A stretch of DNA of 32,000 bases from Paracoccus suum. Lineage in GTDB: Bacteria > Pseudomonadota > Alphaproteobacteria > Rhodobacterales > Rhodobacteraceae. The stretch is from the NCBI RefSeq assembly GCF_003324675.1, contig NZ_CP030918.1:150001-182000 (forward strand). Reading direction: 5' to 3'. Position 1 is the stretch's first letter, and each line of letters begins with the position of its first letter. Shown piece after piece: positions 7,352-16,786 of this stretch. A program made the translations under genes and the position numbers. The notes beneath the pieces are model-generated. The model saw only the letters and a list, made by a program, of their open reading frames with translations, had not been told where the DNA came from and searched no databases.

Positions 7352-8896
7352 GTGAGCCGTATTTTCCCGCTCCTTTTCTCTGCCGCCGTATTGATCCCGG
7401 CTGTTTCCTACGCTGCGCCCCCGGCGGATACGATTGTGGTCGGCCTTAGCGCCGATGCCAGCACCTTCGAGACGGCGGAAATCCGGTCCGCCGACAACAT
7501 GAACATCGCCCAGTACCTGTTCACGACGCTGACCCAGATCGGCCATGTCGGCACAATCCAGCCGCGCCTGGCCAAGGACTGGACGATCAGCGAGGACGGG
7601 CGCGTTCTGACCTTCAACCTGCCTGAGGGTCGCACCTGCGAGGATGGCGAGGCGCTGACCGCTGATGATGTCGCATGGAGCTATAATCGCGCCGCCGATC
7701 CGGCCCGCAAGTTCGCGGGTAACACGCCAGGCTTTGTCTATACCTCGATGAAGTTCGAAAAAGCCGAGGCGGTGGACGACGACACCGTCGCGATCCACAT
7801 CGCCGAGCGCAACCCGATGGCACTGGGCTTCACCTCGCAGGTGTTCATCCACTGCCGCGAGGGGATGGAAAAGCGCACTGACGATCAAATCGCCCGCGAG
7901 CCCATTTCCTCGGCCGAATATCGCATGGTCGAGTGGTCGCCGAACTCGCAGATCGTCCTCGAAAAACGACAGGACCCCGGCACGTTTCAGAAGATCGTGT
8001 TTCGCGTGATTCCAGAGGGATCGACGCGGACCGCGGAACTGCTGTCCGGTAATGTGGACATCATCGCCAATGTCCCGCCCGATCAGGTCGACGCCATCAA
8101 CGCGAGCGGCGTAGCCAAGGTGCAAGCGGTCCAGGGCCTGCGGCGGATGTATGTCGGCTTTAACCAGAAGGACAGCTTCACCGGCCCCGACGCCGAGGCC
8201 TTTCGCAAGCCCGAGGTGCGGCGCGCGTTGCAATATGCGGTCGATGTGCCCGCGATCTGCAAGCAACTGCTGAACTTCGAATGCCGGCGCATGACCGGTC
8301 CGGTCAATCCTCCGAACGATCACCCGGGCCTCGAGCCCTATCCCTATGATCCCGCAATGACCGAGAAACTGCTGGACGAGGCCGGATATCCGCGCGGGCC
8401 GGACGGTGTGCGCCTGCGCACCAAGCTGCAATCGCCGCGCGGGCGATACCTGAACGACGCCAACGTGGCGCAGGCAGTCGCCGCCTATTTGAGCGAGGTG
8501 GGAATCGAAACCGAGGTCGAGCTGCTGGAATGGGCCTCGGTCTACACACCGCTGATCCGCAACCACGATGCCGGGCCGCTGTTCCTGCTCGGCTCGGGCG
8601 GCGTCTTGTGGAGCGCGGTGTACGACATGGCGATCATGGCACAGGTCGACAGCGGCCCGAACTACACCAACTGGTCCGACCCCGCCTGGTTCGGCCGCTG
8701 GGACGAGATGATGGCCGAGACCGATCCCGCCCGCCAACGCAAGATCATCGAGGAGATGCTCGAGGTCTTTTACAAGGACGGACCCTGGTTGCAGCTTTAT
8801 TACCAGCCGGATTTTTACGGTGTTGGCAAGCGGATCGACTGGACCGCCCGCCGCGACGAAACGATCGACCTGTGGGACGTGAAGCTGGCCGAGTGA
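7352..8896 (+). CDS. ABC transporter substrate-binding protein, family 5 (peptide/nickel/opine type), paralog 1
   Basis: GTG start preceded by AGGAGAA. Signal peptide MSRIFPLLFSAAVLIPAVSYA. Family-5 blocks include TIVVGLSAD, LTADDVAWSYNR, NTPGFV, AICKQLLNFECRRMTGPVNPPND and YYQPDFYGV. Confidence 0.9.
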   Translation: MSRIFPLLFSAAVLIPAVSYAAPPADTIVVGLSADASTFETAEIRSADNMNIAQYLFTTLTQIGHVGTIQPRLAKDWTISEDGRVLTFNLPEGRTCEDGEALTADDVAWSYNRAADPARKFAGNTPGFVYTSMKFEKAEAVDDDTVAIHIAERNPMALGFTSQVFIHCREGMEKRTDDQIAREPISSAEYRMVEWSPNSQIVLEKRQDPGTFQKIVFRVIPEGSTRTAELLSGNVDIIANVPPDQVDAINASGVAKVQAVQGLRRMYVGFNQKDSFTGPDAEAFRKPEVRRALQYAVDVPAICKQLLNFECRRMTGPVNPPNDHPGLEPYPYDPAMTEKLLDEAGYPRGPDGVRLRTKLQSPRGRYLNDANVAQAVAAYLSEVGIETEVELLEWASVYTPLIRNHDAGPLFLLGSGGVLWSAVYDMAIMAQVDSGPNYTNWSDPAWFGRWDEMMAETDPARQRKIIEEMLEVFYKDGPWLQLYYQPDFYGVGKRIDWTARRDETIDLWDVKLAE

Positions 8897-8905
8897 GGCA
8901 TTCGT

Positions 8906-8925
8906 GCGGCGGCATCGGCCGCCGC
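8906..8925 (+). other. GC-rich stem-loop (8-bp stem GCGGCGGC/GCCGCCGC, loop ATCG) followed by CTTTC
   Basis: Read directly from the sequence, 10 nt after the binding-protein stop and before the M14 gene. It could be an intercistronic stabiliser or partial terminator. Confidence 0.45.
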
Positions 8926-8948
8926 CTTTCAATGACAGGGAATATCGC

Positions 8949-10610
8949 ATGAACCCGCCCGCAATACCCTTTGACCGCTATTACAACTACGACGAGATGA
9001 CCGCCCATTTGCATTCGCTCGCCCAACAGTACCCTAAGCTGATGCGCCTCAGTTCGATCGCGAAGAGCCATCGCGGCAGGTCCGTCTGGCTGGTTGAATT
9101 GACCAACCCGGAAACGGGGCCGGCGGACGAAAAGCCAGGCTTTTACATCGACGCCCAGATCCATGCCGAGGAACATGCCACCTCGGCCACCGCGCTTTAT
9201 GCCATCTGGCACCTGCTGACCGGCTACGGCACCGACGAGGAAGTGACGCGCCTTCTCGACACGCAAGTCTTTTACATCCTGCCCCGCATCAACCCGGACG
9301 GGGCCGAATTCTCGCTGACCAGCCCATATCACCCCTGGTGCGGTAACGGACGCTTTCTGCCGGGCGAGGACAGGATCGATGGCCTGGTGCCGCAGGACAT
9401 CGACGGCGACGGCTTCATCGCCCAGATGCGCGTGCCTGACCCCAAGGGCGAATGGAAATGCAGCGCGGCCGACCCCGATCTGATGGTCCAGCGTGAGCCG
9501 GGGGAGGAAGGTGGAACCTACTTCCGCCTCTATCCCGAAGGCCGCATCCGCAACCATGACGGCCTGCACGTCGCGATCGAGCGCGGCAACGACGGCAACA
9601 TGAACCGCAACTTTCCGATCAACTGGTCGCCACGGGAATACGGCGCGGGCGAGTATCCCTTCTCAGAGCCCGAGGCGATGGGCATGGGCAGGCTCATCCT
9701 CGATCATCCCAACATCTGCGGCATGTGCGCCTATCACACCCACGGCGGCATCATCCTGCGCCCCTCCATGACCCGAATGGACGCGGACATGAGCCCGCGC
9801 GATCTCGCGCTCTACAAGGGGCTAGGGAAGGTCGGCACGCGGCTGACCGGTTACCCCGTGATCTCGACCTACGAGGAATTTACGCCCGACAAGAGCAAGG
9901 TCCGCCATGGATCGCTGAAGGACTGGGTCTACGAGGAGATGGGGATAATCTGCTTCTCGACCGAGTTGTGGGATATCGAGACCGAGGCCGGCGCGCGCAA
10001 GGCCGGGTATTACAACCTCGCGCCAGCGGACGACGAAACCGCCGGGGTGATTCAGGACTGGGTCAAGCAGAACGTGGGCGAGCAGGGGTTTCGCCCCTGG
10101 CGCGCCGTGGACCATCCCGAACTCGGCCCGGTCGAGGTCGGCGGCATGGTCTATATCTGGAGCTATCGCAACCCGCCCGGCCATCTGCTGGAGGACATCT
10201 GCCGCCGCAATGTGCTGTTCAACCTGCGCCACGCCGCCGCCGCCCCGCAGGTGCGGATCGACGAACTGACATCCGAGGCGCTGGGCGCGGATTTGCATCG
10301 GGTGACGGCGGTGGTGTCGAACCACGGATATCTGCCGACCAATCTGTCTGACGTGGCCATCGCCAATGGCGTGGCCAAGACGGTGACCGTCACCATCGCG
10401 GGTGCACCCGTCGAGATGAACCCTCAGGTCGCGGACCTCGGGCATCTGTCGGGGCGCAACGAGCGCGCCACGACCTGGTCGCCATGGGGCGAGCAGTGGT
10501 CCCCGGTGACGAAAAAGGCGGAATGGCTGGTGCGCGGGCCGGGCGAGATCACTGTCACGGCACGCTCGCAAAAGGGGGGCACGAGCCGCGCAACCCTACG
10601 ACTGGAGTAA
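8949..10610 (+). CDS. M14 family zinc carboxypeptidase (cytosolic, no signal peptide)
   Basis: MNPPAIPFDRYYNYDEMTAHLHSLAQQYP..., the zinc motif QIHAEEHATS (HxxE), PRINPDG, NRNFP and a later YHTHGG. The start is taken at internal ATG 8949 of track ORF 8904..10610. Confidence 0.85.
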   Translation: MNPPAIPFDRYYNYDEMTAHLHSLAQQYPKLMRLSSIAKSHRGRSVWLVELTNPETGPADEKPGFYIDAQIHAEEHATSATALYAIWHLLTGYGTDEEVTRLLDTQVFYILPRINPDGAEFSLTSPYHPWCGNGRFLPGEDRIDGLVPQDIDGDGFIAQMRVPDPKGEWKCSAADPDLMVQREPGEEGGTYFRLYPEGRIRNHDGLHVAIERGNDGNMNRNFPINWSPREYGAGEYPFSEPEAMGMGRLILDHPNICGMCAYHTHGGIILRPSMTRMDADMSPRDLALYKGLGKVGTRLTGYPVISTYEEFTPDKSKVRHGSLKDWVYEEMGIICFSTELWDIETEAGARKAGYYNLAPADDETAGVIQDWVKQNVGEQGFRPWRAVDHPELGPVEVGGMVYIWSYRNPPGHLLEDICRRNVLFNLRHAAAAPQVRIDELTSEALGADLHRVTAVVSNHGYLPTNLSDVAIANGVAKTVTVTIAGAPVEMNPQVADLGHLSGRNERATTWSPWGEQWSPVTKKAEWLVRGPGEITVTARSQKGGTSRATLRLE

Positions 10611-10629
10611 TCCAGAGGCTAAAAGAATG

Positions 10630-10654
10630 GGGCCGGCCCGCGCAGGGCCGGCCC
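10630..10654. terminator. Bidirectional rho-independent-type terminator between convergent operons
   Basis: GGGCCGGCCC-gcgca-GGGCCGGCCC forms a 10-bp perfect stem with a 5-nt loop. It is flanked by AAAAGAAT on the left, which gives a T-tract for the minus-strand transcript. It lies between stop codons at 10610 (+) and 10662 (-). Confidence 0.6.
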
Positions 10655-10661
10655 TATCGAT

Positions 10662-12227
10662 TCAGCCCTTGAGCCGCGCGGTGGTAGCGTCGATCGACTC
10701 GTCGCGGCGGGGCGTCCAGTCGATGCGATTGGAGACGCCGTAGAAATCGGGCTGGAAGTAAAGAAAGATCCACGGCGCATCGTCGGCAAAGATCGCCAGC
10801 ATCTCGTCCACCGCCTTGCGCTCGTCAGCCGGATCGCGAATGCCTTTCAGCGCCTCCCAGCGCTTGGTCCATTCCTCGTTGCACCACATGCCATTATTCA
10901 CCGGCGCGTCGCATGACGAAAACAGCGACATGTCATAGATGGGGCTGTAGGTCGAACCTCCTTGGCCGATGAAATAGAGCGGACCTGCCGTGTGCTCGCG
11001 CGCACTGGTCCCAAAGATGTTCATCGGTGCCAGTTCGTTCGTCGTGGCAACGCCGATGTCCGACAGGTATTGCGCGACCGCCTGCTGCACCTGCGCATCA
11101 TTCAAAAAGCGTCCGGTCGGCCCTTGCATCACCGCAGTGAAGCGCACCCCGTCCGGACCGCGTTTGTAGCCCGCCTCGTCGAGGAGTTTTTCCGCGCCCT
11201 CAGGGTCGTAGGGATATGGTTTAACCGCCGGATTGCCGAGGTTCGCAGGTCCGGTCATGCGCGCGCAGTCGGTGCCCAGCAACTGCTTGCAAATGGTGGG
11301 CACATCCACGGCCATGTTCAGCGCGTGCCGAACCTGCTTGTCCTTGATCGCCTCGCCCGCAGGAGTGCCGCTGAACTTGTCCGAGAAGTTGAACCCCACG
11401 AACATGCGCCGTGTGCCGGCCACGCCCTCAACATCGGCTGTGTCAAAGCTACGTACTGCCTCGATTTGGTCGGGCGGCACATTGGCGGCAATGTCCACGT
11501 TGCCAGCGACGAGTTCGGCGACCCGCGAGCTTGCTTCGGGGATCACCCGCCAGACCAGCCGCTGAAATCCCGGCGCTTCCAGCGTAAAGGTGGGATTCCG
11601 CTCCAGCACGACCTGCTGGTCCTTGTCCCAGTGAACAAGCTTGTAGGGACCGCTCGCCACCGGATGGGTTGCGGCGTCGGCTATGGACAGTTTTTCGTAG
11701 CTGTCCTTGCAGTGAATGAACGCGTCCGACATCATCCCCGGCACGGTCGAGGAATAGCCCTTGAGGCTCATGACCGCGCGATGCGGGCCCTCGGCGCGGG
11801 CGCCCTGAAAACCGATCGATCCAAAGATGAACCCCGGCGTGTGGCCGATGAACTTGTTGGCCGGATCAGCCGCGCGGTTGAGCGAGTAGGCGACATCCTC
11901 GGCGTCCAGCACCTCGCCATCCTCGCAGGTCAACCCCTCGCGAATGTCAAAGGCCAGCTCCGTCCCGTCCTCGTTCCATGTCCAGCCAGTGGCGAAATAC
12001 GGCACTACCTCGCCCTCGGGCGTGACGGCGGTCAGCGATCCGAAGATGTGGCTGACGACGTTGATCGAGACCGCCTGATTCAGCATGTCCGGCTCAAGGC
12101 TTTCGATATCGACCGATTGCGCGATGACGAGTGTGTCGGGCGCGGGCGCGGCGTGGCCGGGCGCAGCCGCCGAGGCAAAGGCCACAGACGCTGCGAGTAA
12201 CACGCGTGGTGGAGAAGAACAGATCAT
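10662..12227 (-). CDS. ABC transporter substrate-binding protein, family 5, paralog 2
   Basis: Start at internal ATG 12227 (MICSSPPRVLLAASVAFASAAAPGHA signal peptide). Shares blocks with the other two binding proteins: LTCEDGEVLDAEDVAYSLNRAADPANKF, TPGFIF, TICKQLLGTDCARMTGP and YFQPDFYGVSNRIDW. Confidence 0.9.
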   Translation of the reverse strand: MICSSPPRVLLAASVAFASAAAPGHAAPAPDTLVIAQSVDIESLEPDMLNQAVSINVVSHIFGSLTAVTPEGEVVPYFATGWTWNEDGTELAFDIREGLTCEDGEVLDAEDVAYSLNRAADPANKFIGHTPGFIFGSIGFQGARAEGPHRAVMSLKGYSSTVPGMMSDAFIHCKDSYEKLSIADAATHPVASGPYKLVHWDKDQQVVLERNPTFTLEAPGFQRLVWRVIPEASSRVAELVAGNVDIAANVPPDQIEAVRSFDTADVEGVAGTRRMFVGFNFSDKFSGTPAGEAIKDKQVRHALNMAVDVPTICKQLLGTDCARMTGPANLGNPAVKPYPYDPEGAEKLLDEAGYKRGPDGVRFTAVMQGPTGRFLNDAQVQQAVAQYLSDIGVATTNELAPMNIFGTSAREHTAGPLYFIGQGGSTYSPIYDMSLFSSCDAPVNNGMWCNEEWTKRWEALKGIRDPADERKAVDEMLAIFADDAPWIFLYFQPDFYGVSNRIDWTPRRDESIDATTARLKG

Positions 12228-12297
12228 GACGAGGCCTTCCCTGTTGGCGCCGAAATGCGGCGCGATGAAGGGTCGCGGCCCCGGGCCGCGGCCCCGA

Positions 12298-12690
12298 TCA
12301 GCCGTCGCCGAGCCAGGCGACAACCTCGACCTCGACGCGCACTTCTGGCGAGCCCAGCCCGTTGACGATGAATCCGGTGTGTGGCGGGCGATGCTCGCCA
12401 AAGAAGGCGCGGCGCGCGGCGGTGATCGCTGGCCCGTCGGCACGGTCAATCATGATGGTGGTGATCTTGACCACGTTATCCGGGCCGGCGCCTGCTTCGG
12501 CCAGGATCAACCCGATGTTGCGATAGACCTGCGCAGCCTGCGCACCGGCATCGCCGGCCCCCACCCAGTTCCCTTGCGGGTCTCGCGCCACCTGACCGGC
12601 GACGATCAGCATGCCGCCGGCGATTGCCGCGTGGTGATAGCCGGCTACCGGATGCACCCCGGACGGGCTGAAGAGACGGATCCCGGTCAC
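12298..12690 (-). CDS. RidA/YjgF family reactive-intermediate (enamine/imine) deaminase
   Basis: 130 aa reading ...AGYHHAAIAGGMLIVAGQVARDPQG...QVYRNIGLILAEAGAGPDNVVKITTIM...VEVEVVAWL, typical of the family. The start overlaps the M20 stop (ATGA). Confidence 0.85.
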   Translation of the reverse strand: MTGIRLFSPSGVHPVAGYHHAAIAGGMLIVAGQVARDPQGNWVGAGDAGAQAAQVYRNIGLILAEAGAGPDNVVKITTIMIDRADGPAITAARRAFFGEHRPPHTGFIVNGLGSPEVRVEVEVVAWLGDG

Positions 12691-14078
12691 GGCCGCGCCC
12701 TGCCCTCCGCACCGTCGCCGACGAGGCTGAAATGGTGCATGATCGCGGCCGCGTACTTGATCCCCTTGATGTATTTTTCGATGACGATGTTCTCGTCGGG
12801 CGCATGCAGATTGGCGTCAGGATTGGCGAAACCGGTCAGCACGCAGGGAATCCAGACGTGTCGCAGGATCGCTCCCTCGGCCGAGACGCCATTGACCACC
12901 GGCAATTCACCATAAACCTCGGTCGCGGCGGCGATGATGGCCTGGCTGATGTCCTCGCGCACGCTGATCTTGTAGGGCGGCTCGCGGCCCTCATGGGCGT
13001 TGACCTCGATATGGCCAAAGCCGTGCGCAACGAGATGCGCCTTCAGCTTGGCCAGTGCTGCGTCGGGCTGCATGTTGGGGATCAGGCGGAAATCCATGCG
13101 CACGCGCGCCTCGTTCGGCACGATTGTCTTGGTGCCGCGGCCGGTATAGCCCGCGACGATACCCTGGATGTTGGCCGTCGGCTCATAGGTTCGGGCCCGG
13201 ATTGCGTCGATCCCGTCGCGGCCGAGGGCAAAGCTGTCGATGCCCCACTCTTCCCGCATGGCGGCGGTGTCGACACGTGCCGCCTTGTCGCGCAACTGCT
13301 GCTCGTCATCCGGGCCCAGTTGCCAGATTCCCTCCTCCCACCCGTCGATCAGGATGCGACGGTCGCGGTCGAGGATCGTGTTCAGCGCCCACACCAGATC
13401 CCAGACTGGCGAAGGGACCAACGGAAAGTTCAGCGAATGCACATCGCTTTTCGCGCCCCGCGCCACCAGTTCGACGGACAGGATGGACTTGAGCCCAAGC
13501 GAAACGTCCGGCGCCTCGGTTCCCACCTCGAGCGATCCGTCGAGGCAGTGCATTCCGTCCGCCTCCAGAAGGACCGCGTTGCGCTGGGCCCAATCTGACA
13601 GGTGGACGCTGCCAATCTCCTCCTCGCCCTCGATGAAGAGCTTGAGGTTGCAGGGTATCTTGCCCCTGACCTGCAGGAAGGCCTTGGCCGCCTTGTTGAA
13701 CGCCAGCACACCCGACTTGTTATCCGTCGCTCCGCGGCCATAAAGAACACCGTCCACGATGGCGGCCGACCATGGGCCCCCATGGCTCCACGCTTCCAGA
13801 GGCTCGGGCGGTTGCACGTCGTAATGGGAATAACACAGCAGCGTCTGTGCCGGTCCTTCGACGCGCACTTCGCCAAAGACAATGGGCGGCCCGCCGTCGG
13901 TCTCGTACAGATCCGCGGGCAGCCCGTCGCGGTGCATCATGTCCTGCAGCAACTCCGCACAGTCGCGCAGCCCTATATCCTGCGCCGAGACGGAGGGCTG
14001 GCGCACCAGCGTCTGCAGATCGGCAATGCATTCATCGGCATGTGCGTCGATCCAGTCATAGATTTCCTGCATGGACAT
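12687..14078 (-). CDS. M20 family metallopeptidase (dipeptidase/deacylase type)
   Basis: Contains YSHYDVQP, GRGATDNKSG and FIEGEEEIGS motifs. The start is taken at ATG 14078 (MSMQEIYDWIDAH...), which shares one nt with the SDR stop. Confidence 0.9.
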   Translation of the reverse strand: MSMQEIYDWIDAHADECIADLQTLVRQPSVSAQDIGLRDCAELLQDMMHRDGLPADLYETDGGPPIVFGEVRVEGPAQTLLCYSHYDVQPPEPLEAWSHGGPWSAAIVDGVLYGRGATDNKSGVLAFNKAAKAFLQVRGKIPCNLKLFIEGEEEIGSVHLSDWAQRNAVLLEADGMHCLDGSLEVGTEAPDVSLGLKSILSVELVARGAKSDVHSLNFPLVPSPVWDLVWALNTILDRDRRILIDGWEEGIWQLGPDDEQQLRDKAARVDTAAMREEWGIDSFALGRDGIDAIRARTYEPTANIQGIVAGYTGRGTKTIVPNEARVRMDFRLIPNMQPDAALAKLKAHLVAHGFGHIEVNAHEGREPPYKISVREDISQAIIAAATEVYGELPVVNGVSAEGAILRHVWIPCVLTGFANPDANLHAPDENIVIEKYIKGIKYAAAIMHHFSLVGDGAEGRARP

Positions 14079-14779
14079 CAGGCGGCTTCCCTTTGCGAGA
14101 GGTCCCAGGCGCTCAGCCGCTGCCCGGAGAATTCGCGTGGCCGCCTGTCCGAAAGCCAGGTAAAGGCGGGCGCGAGGCGGATCGGGTCCACCCATGCCGC
14201 CCGCGCCTCGGCATCATAAGTCGTCTCGGACATGGGGGTGTGCATCAACATGCCTGGCGTGATGGTGTAAGAGACGATGCCCGATGCCTCGCCTTCCATC
14301 GCCAGGCATTTCGAAAACCCTTCCAGCGCGTGCTTTGCCGCGCAATAGGCGGTCTCATTGGCGAAGCCCTCGATCCCCGAGCGTGAGGAGACGAAGACGA
14401 GGGCACCGCCGCCGCGCGCCGCCATGCCGGGCCAGACGGCCTGAGTCAGCTGGAATGCAGCCTGGATGCCCACGTCCAGCGTCGCGCGGAAGGTGGAAAG
14501 GCTGACCCGTTCGATCGGCTCGACCCGCAGGATGGCGGCATTGTGGATCAACGTGCCGACCTCCTCGCAGGGCAAGCTTGCGATCGCCCGAGCGGTGTCC
14601 TCGGCATCTGACAGGTCAGCCGTCGCGGTCAGCGCGCCCGGACAGGCCGAGGCGGTCGCGGCCAGCCCCACCGCGTCCCGATCGATCAGCAGCATCCGGT
14701 CGCCGCGTGCGGCCATGTGGCGGGCTATGGCGGCGCCGAGGCCCTGCGCCGCGCCGGTTACCAGAACGGTCTCAGGCAT
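14078..14779 (-). CDS. Short-chain dehydrogenase/reductase (SDR)
   Basis: MPETVLVTGAAQGLGAAIARH carries the TGxxxGxG motif, and YCAAKHA carries YxxxK. Start ATG 14779 overlaps the upstream gene's stop by 8 nt. Confidence 0.85.
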   Translation of the reverse strand: MPETVLVTGAAQGLGAAIARHMAARGDRMLLIDRDAVGLAATASACPGALTATADLSDAEDTARAIASLPCEEVGTLIHNAAILRVEPIERVSLSTFRATLDVGIQAAFQLTQAVWPGMAARGGGALVFVSSRSGIEGFANETAYCAAKHALEGFSKCLAMEGEASGIVSYTITPGMLMHTPMSETTYDAEARAAWVDPIRLAPAFTWLSDRRPREFSGQRLSAWDLSQREAA

Positions 14780-15848
14780 CGATGTCCTCCGGGCGCACCC
14801 AGCGACGCTCGCGGCCCGACAGGCGCACAGCGTCCAGCACCTTCTGATTGGCGAGGCCGTCCGCAAAAGTCGCCCCGCGTGCAAGGGGGCGCCCTTCAGT
14901 GATCGCCGCAGCCATTTCCCGCAGAGCCGAGACGACCGAGACGTTCCATACCCCCTTGTTCAGACCCGGCAGCCCCGCATTGGGATCCTTGACGGTAATG
15001 TCGCGGAACTCGCCCCCCGCCGGCGCGAACCACAGCGTCTCGTCGGCATTGTCGAGGCGGATCGTGCCGCGAGAGCCAAAGACATGTGTGCTGTTGCCTA
15101 CATTGTGGGCAGCAACGCCCGAGAGGAAGAGCTGCGCGACCGCGCCGGACTGCATTTCAAGCGTGAACCACGCCACATCGTCCGCGGTGGCCGTCCAGGG
15201 GGCGCCGGTTGCCTTGTCTCGGCGCTCGGGGACCATGATGGGCGCGGCACCTGTCACCCAGGCGACCTCGCCCAACCACCAGCGGAGCATGTCCACCTGG
15301 TGGCTGCCGTTCGCGCCTAGCCGGCCGCCGCCTTGGGCTGCATCGCTCCACCAGTCGCCAGCAGGACGGCTCGCGGGATCTGCCCAACCACTCGAGATGT
15401 TGGCGATGTTGACATGACGGATTTCGCCCAACTCGCCCGCGGCGATCATTTCGGCCACACGCTGGCGGTTGGGGTTAAAGCGCAATTCGTGGTCGATCAT
15501 GTTCAGCCGGTTGGCGCGTTTGGCAGCCTCGAGCATCTGGCCCGCTTCGACCGCGTCCATCGCTGTGGGCTTTTCGCACAGCACATGGGCCCCGGCCTCA
15601 AGCGCGGCCAACGCCTGCGGCGCGTGCAGCACGGTGGGCGTCGCGATGCAGACAAGGTCGAACGCGTGGTCTGCCAGCATCTGGCGCCAGTCCGCCGTCG
15701 CATGGGGGATGCCAAAGGCGTCGGCTGCGGCGCGCGCGCTTTCCTCGCGGCCGGACGCGATAGCGACAACCTCGGCCCCAGGCACATGCGCCAGTGCCGG
15801 CAAATAGGCGTCACGGGCAAAGCTGGCCCCGATGATACCGACTTTCAT
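14772..15848 (-). CDS. Gfo/Idh/MocA family NAD(P)-dependent oxidoreductase
   Basis: MKVGIIGASFARDAYLPAL is an N-terminal Rossmann segment. HVLCEKP is the family's EKP motif. Confidence 0.9.
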   Translation of the reverse strand: MKVGIIGASFARDAYLPALAHVPGAEVVAIASGREESARAAADAFGIPHATADWRQMLADHAFDLVCIATPTVLHAPQALAALEAGAHVLCEKPTAMDAVEAGQMLEAAKRANRLNMIDHELRFNPNRQRVAEMIAAGELGEIRHVNIANISSGWADPASRPAGDWWSDAAQGGGRLGANGSHQVDMLRWWLGEVAWVTGAAPIMVPERRDKATGAPWTATADDVAWFTLEMQSGAVAQLFLSGVAAHNVGNSTHVFGSRGTIRLDNADETLWFAPAGGEFRDITVKDPNAGLPGLNKGVWNVSVVSALREMAAAITEGRPLARGATFADGLANQKVLDAVRLSGRERRWVRPEDIDA

Positions 15849-15858
15849 GTCTGCTCCT

Positions 15859-16776
15859 TTAACGACGCTCTTTCAGGCGCGGGTCCAAGAAGTCCCGCAG
15901 CCAGTCGCCCATGATGTTGAAGCTGAGGACCGTCAGCACGATCGCAAAGCCCGGAAAGATGGCGAGCCACCACTTGTTGGCGATCAGCTGATCGCGGCTC
16001 TCGGCCAGCATGCTGCCCCATGTCGGAACAGAGGGCGGCACCCCGAGGCCGAGGAAGGATAGCGCGGCCTCGGAAAGGATCACGCTGGCGACGTTGAACG
16101 AGGCGACGACCGTCAGCGGCGCGATGATGTTCGGTAGGATGGTCCGAAAGATGATCGAGCTGGTGGAATCGCCCATCGCGCGCGCGGCCTCGACGAACTC
16201 CTTTTCGCGCAGTGACAATGTCTGGCCGCGCACGATGCGCGCGTAGGTGACCCACTGCCCGATCCCCAGGACCAGGATCAGGTTCAGCAGTCCCGGTCCA
16301 AGCACGACCAGGAACATGATCGCCAGCAGGATGAAGGGAAACGCCAATTGGATATCGCCGAGGCGCATGATGATATCGTCGATGCGACCGCCGAAATAAC
16401 CGGCGAGCAGGCCGGCCGTGACGCCAAGCGTGCCGCCCACCGCGATGGACGCGATTCCCACCAGCAGCGAGACACGCGCGCCATAGATGAGGCGACTGAG
16501 CACGTCCCGGCCCAATGCGTCGGTGCCCAGCCAGAACGTCGTGTGGCGCGGCCCTTCGGCCATGGGTGCAGCGAGGCGCAACATGATGTTCTGACGGTTC
16601 GGGTCCATCGGCGCGATGCTGGGCCCGGCCACGGCGACGAACAGCACCACCCCGAGAATCAACAGCGCTAACAGGGGCCAGCCGGCCTGCACCATGCTGC
16701 GGATGGCCCGGCGCAGGTTCTGATTGACACCGCCGGCGCGGACTTCGTGGGTGGGGTCAGATGCGGCTGCGGTCAT
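15859..16776 (-). CDS. ABC transporter permease (DppC/OppC-like)
   Basis: A multi-TM protein with the EAA-like loop region FVEAARAMGDSTSSIIFRTILPN. It sits downstream of the DppB-like permease. Confidence 0.9.
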   Translation of the reverse strand: MTAAASDPTHEVRAGGVNQNLRRAIRSMVQAGWPLLALLILGVVLFVAVAGPSIAPMDPNRQNIMLRLAAPMAEGPRHTTFWLGTDALGRDVLSRLIYGARVSLLVGIASIAVGGTLGVTAGLLAGYFGGRIDDIIMRLGDIQLAFPFILLAIMFLVVLGPGLLNLILVLGIGQWVTYARIVRGQTLSLREKEFVEAARAMGDSTSSIIFRTILPNIIAPLTVVASFNVASVILSEAALSFLGLGVPPSVPTWGSMLAESRDQLIANKWWLAIFPGFAIVLTVLSFNIMGDWLRDFLDPRLKERR

Positions 16777-16786
16777 GGTTGCGCCC

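Noticed and set aside
7163-8950. A 595-aa minus-strand ORF. Similar long antisense ORFs occur at 5199-6338, 10962-12200, 23172-24500, 24295-25350, 25901-26989 and 27091-28479.
   Set aside because: Each lies opposite a gene with strong family signatures, and none has a motif, an RBS or sensible composition. They are high-GC antisense artefacts.
13268-13275. A third copy of the palindrome TGTCGACA.
   Set aside because: It lies inside the M20 coding sequence and lacks the extended 20-nt context shared by the two leader copies. It is probably a chance occurrence and is recorded as a caveat for the operator hypothesis.
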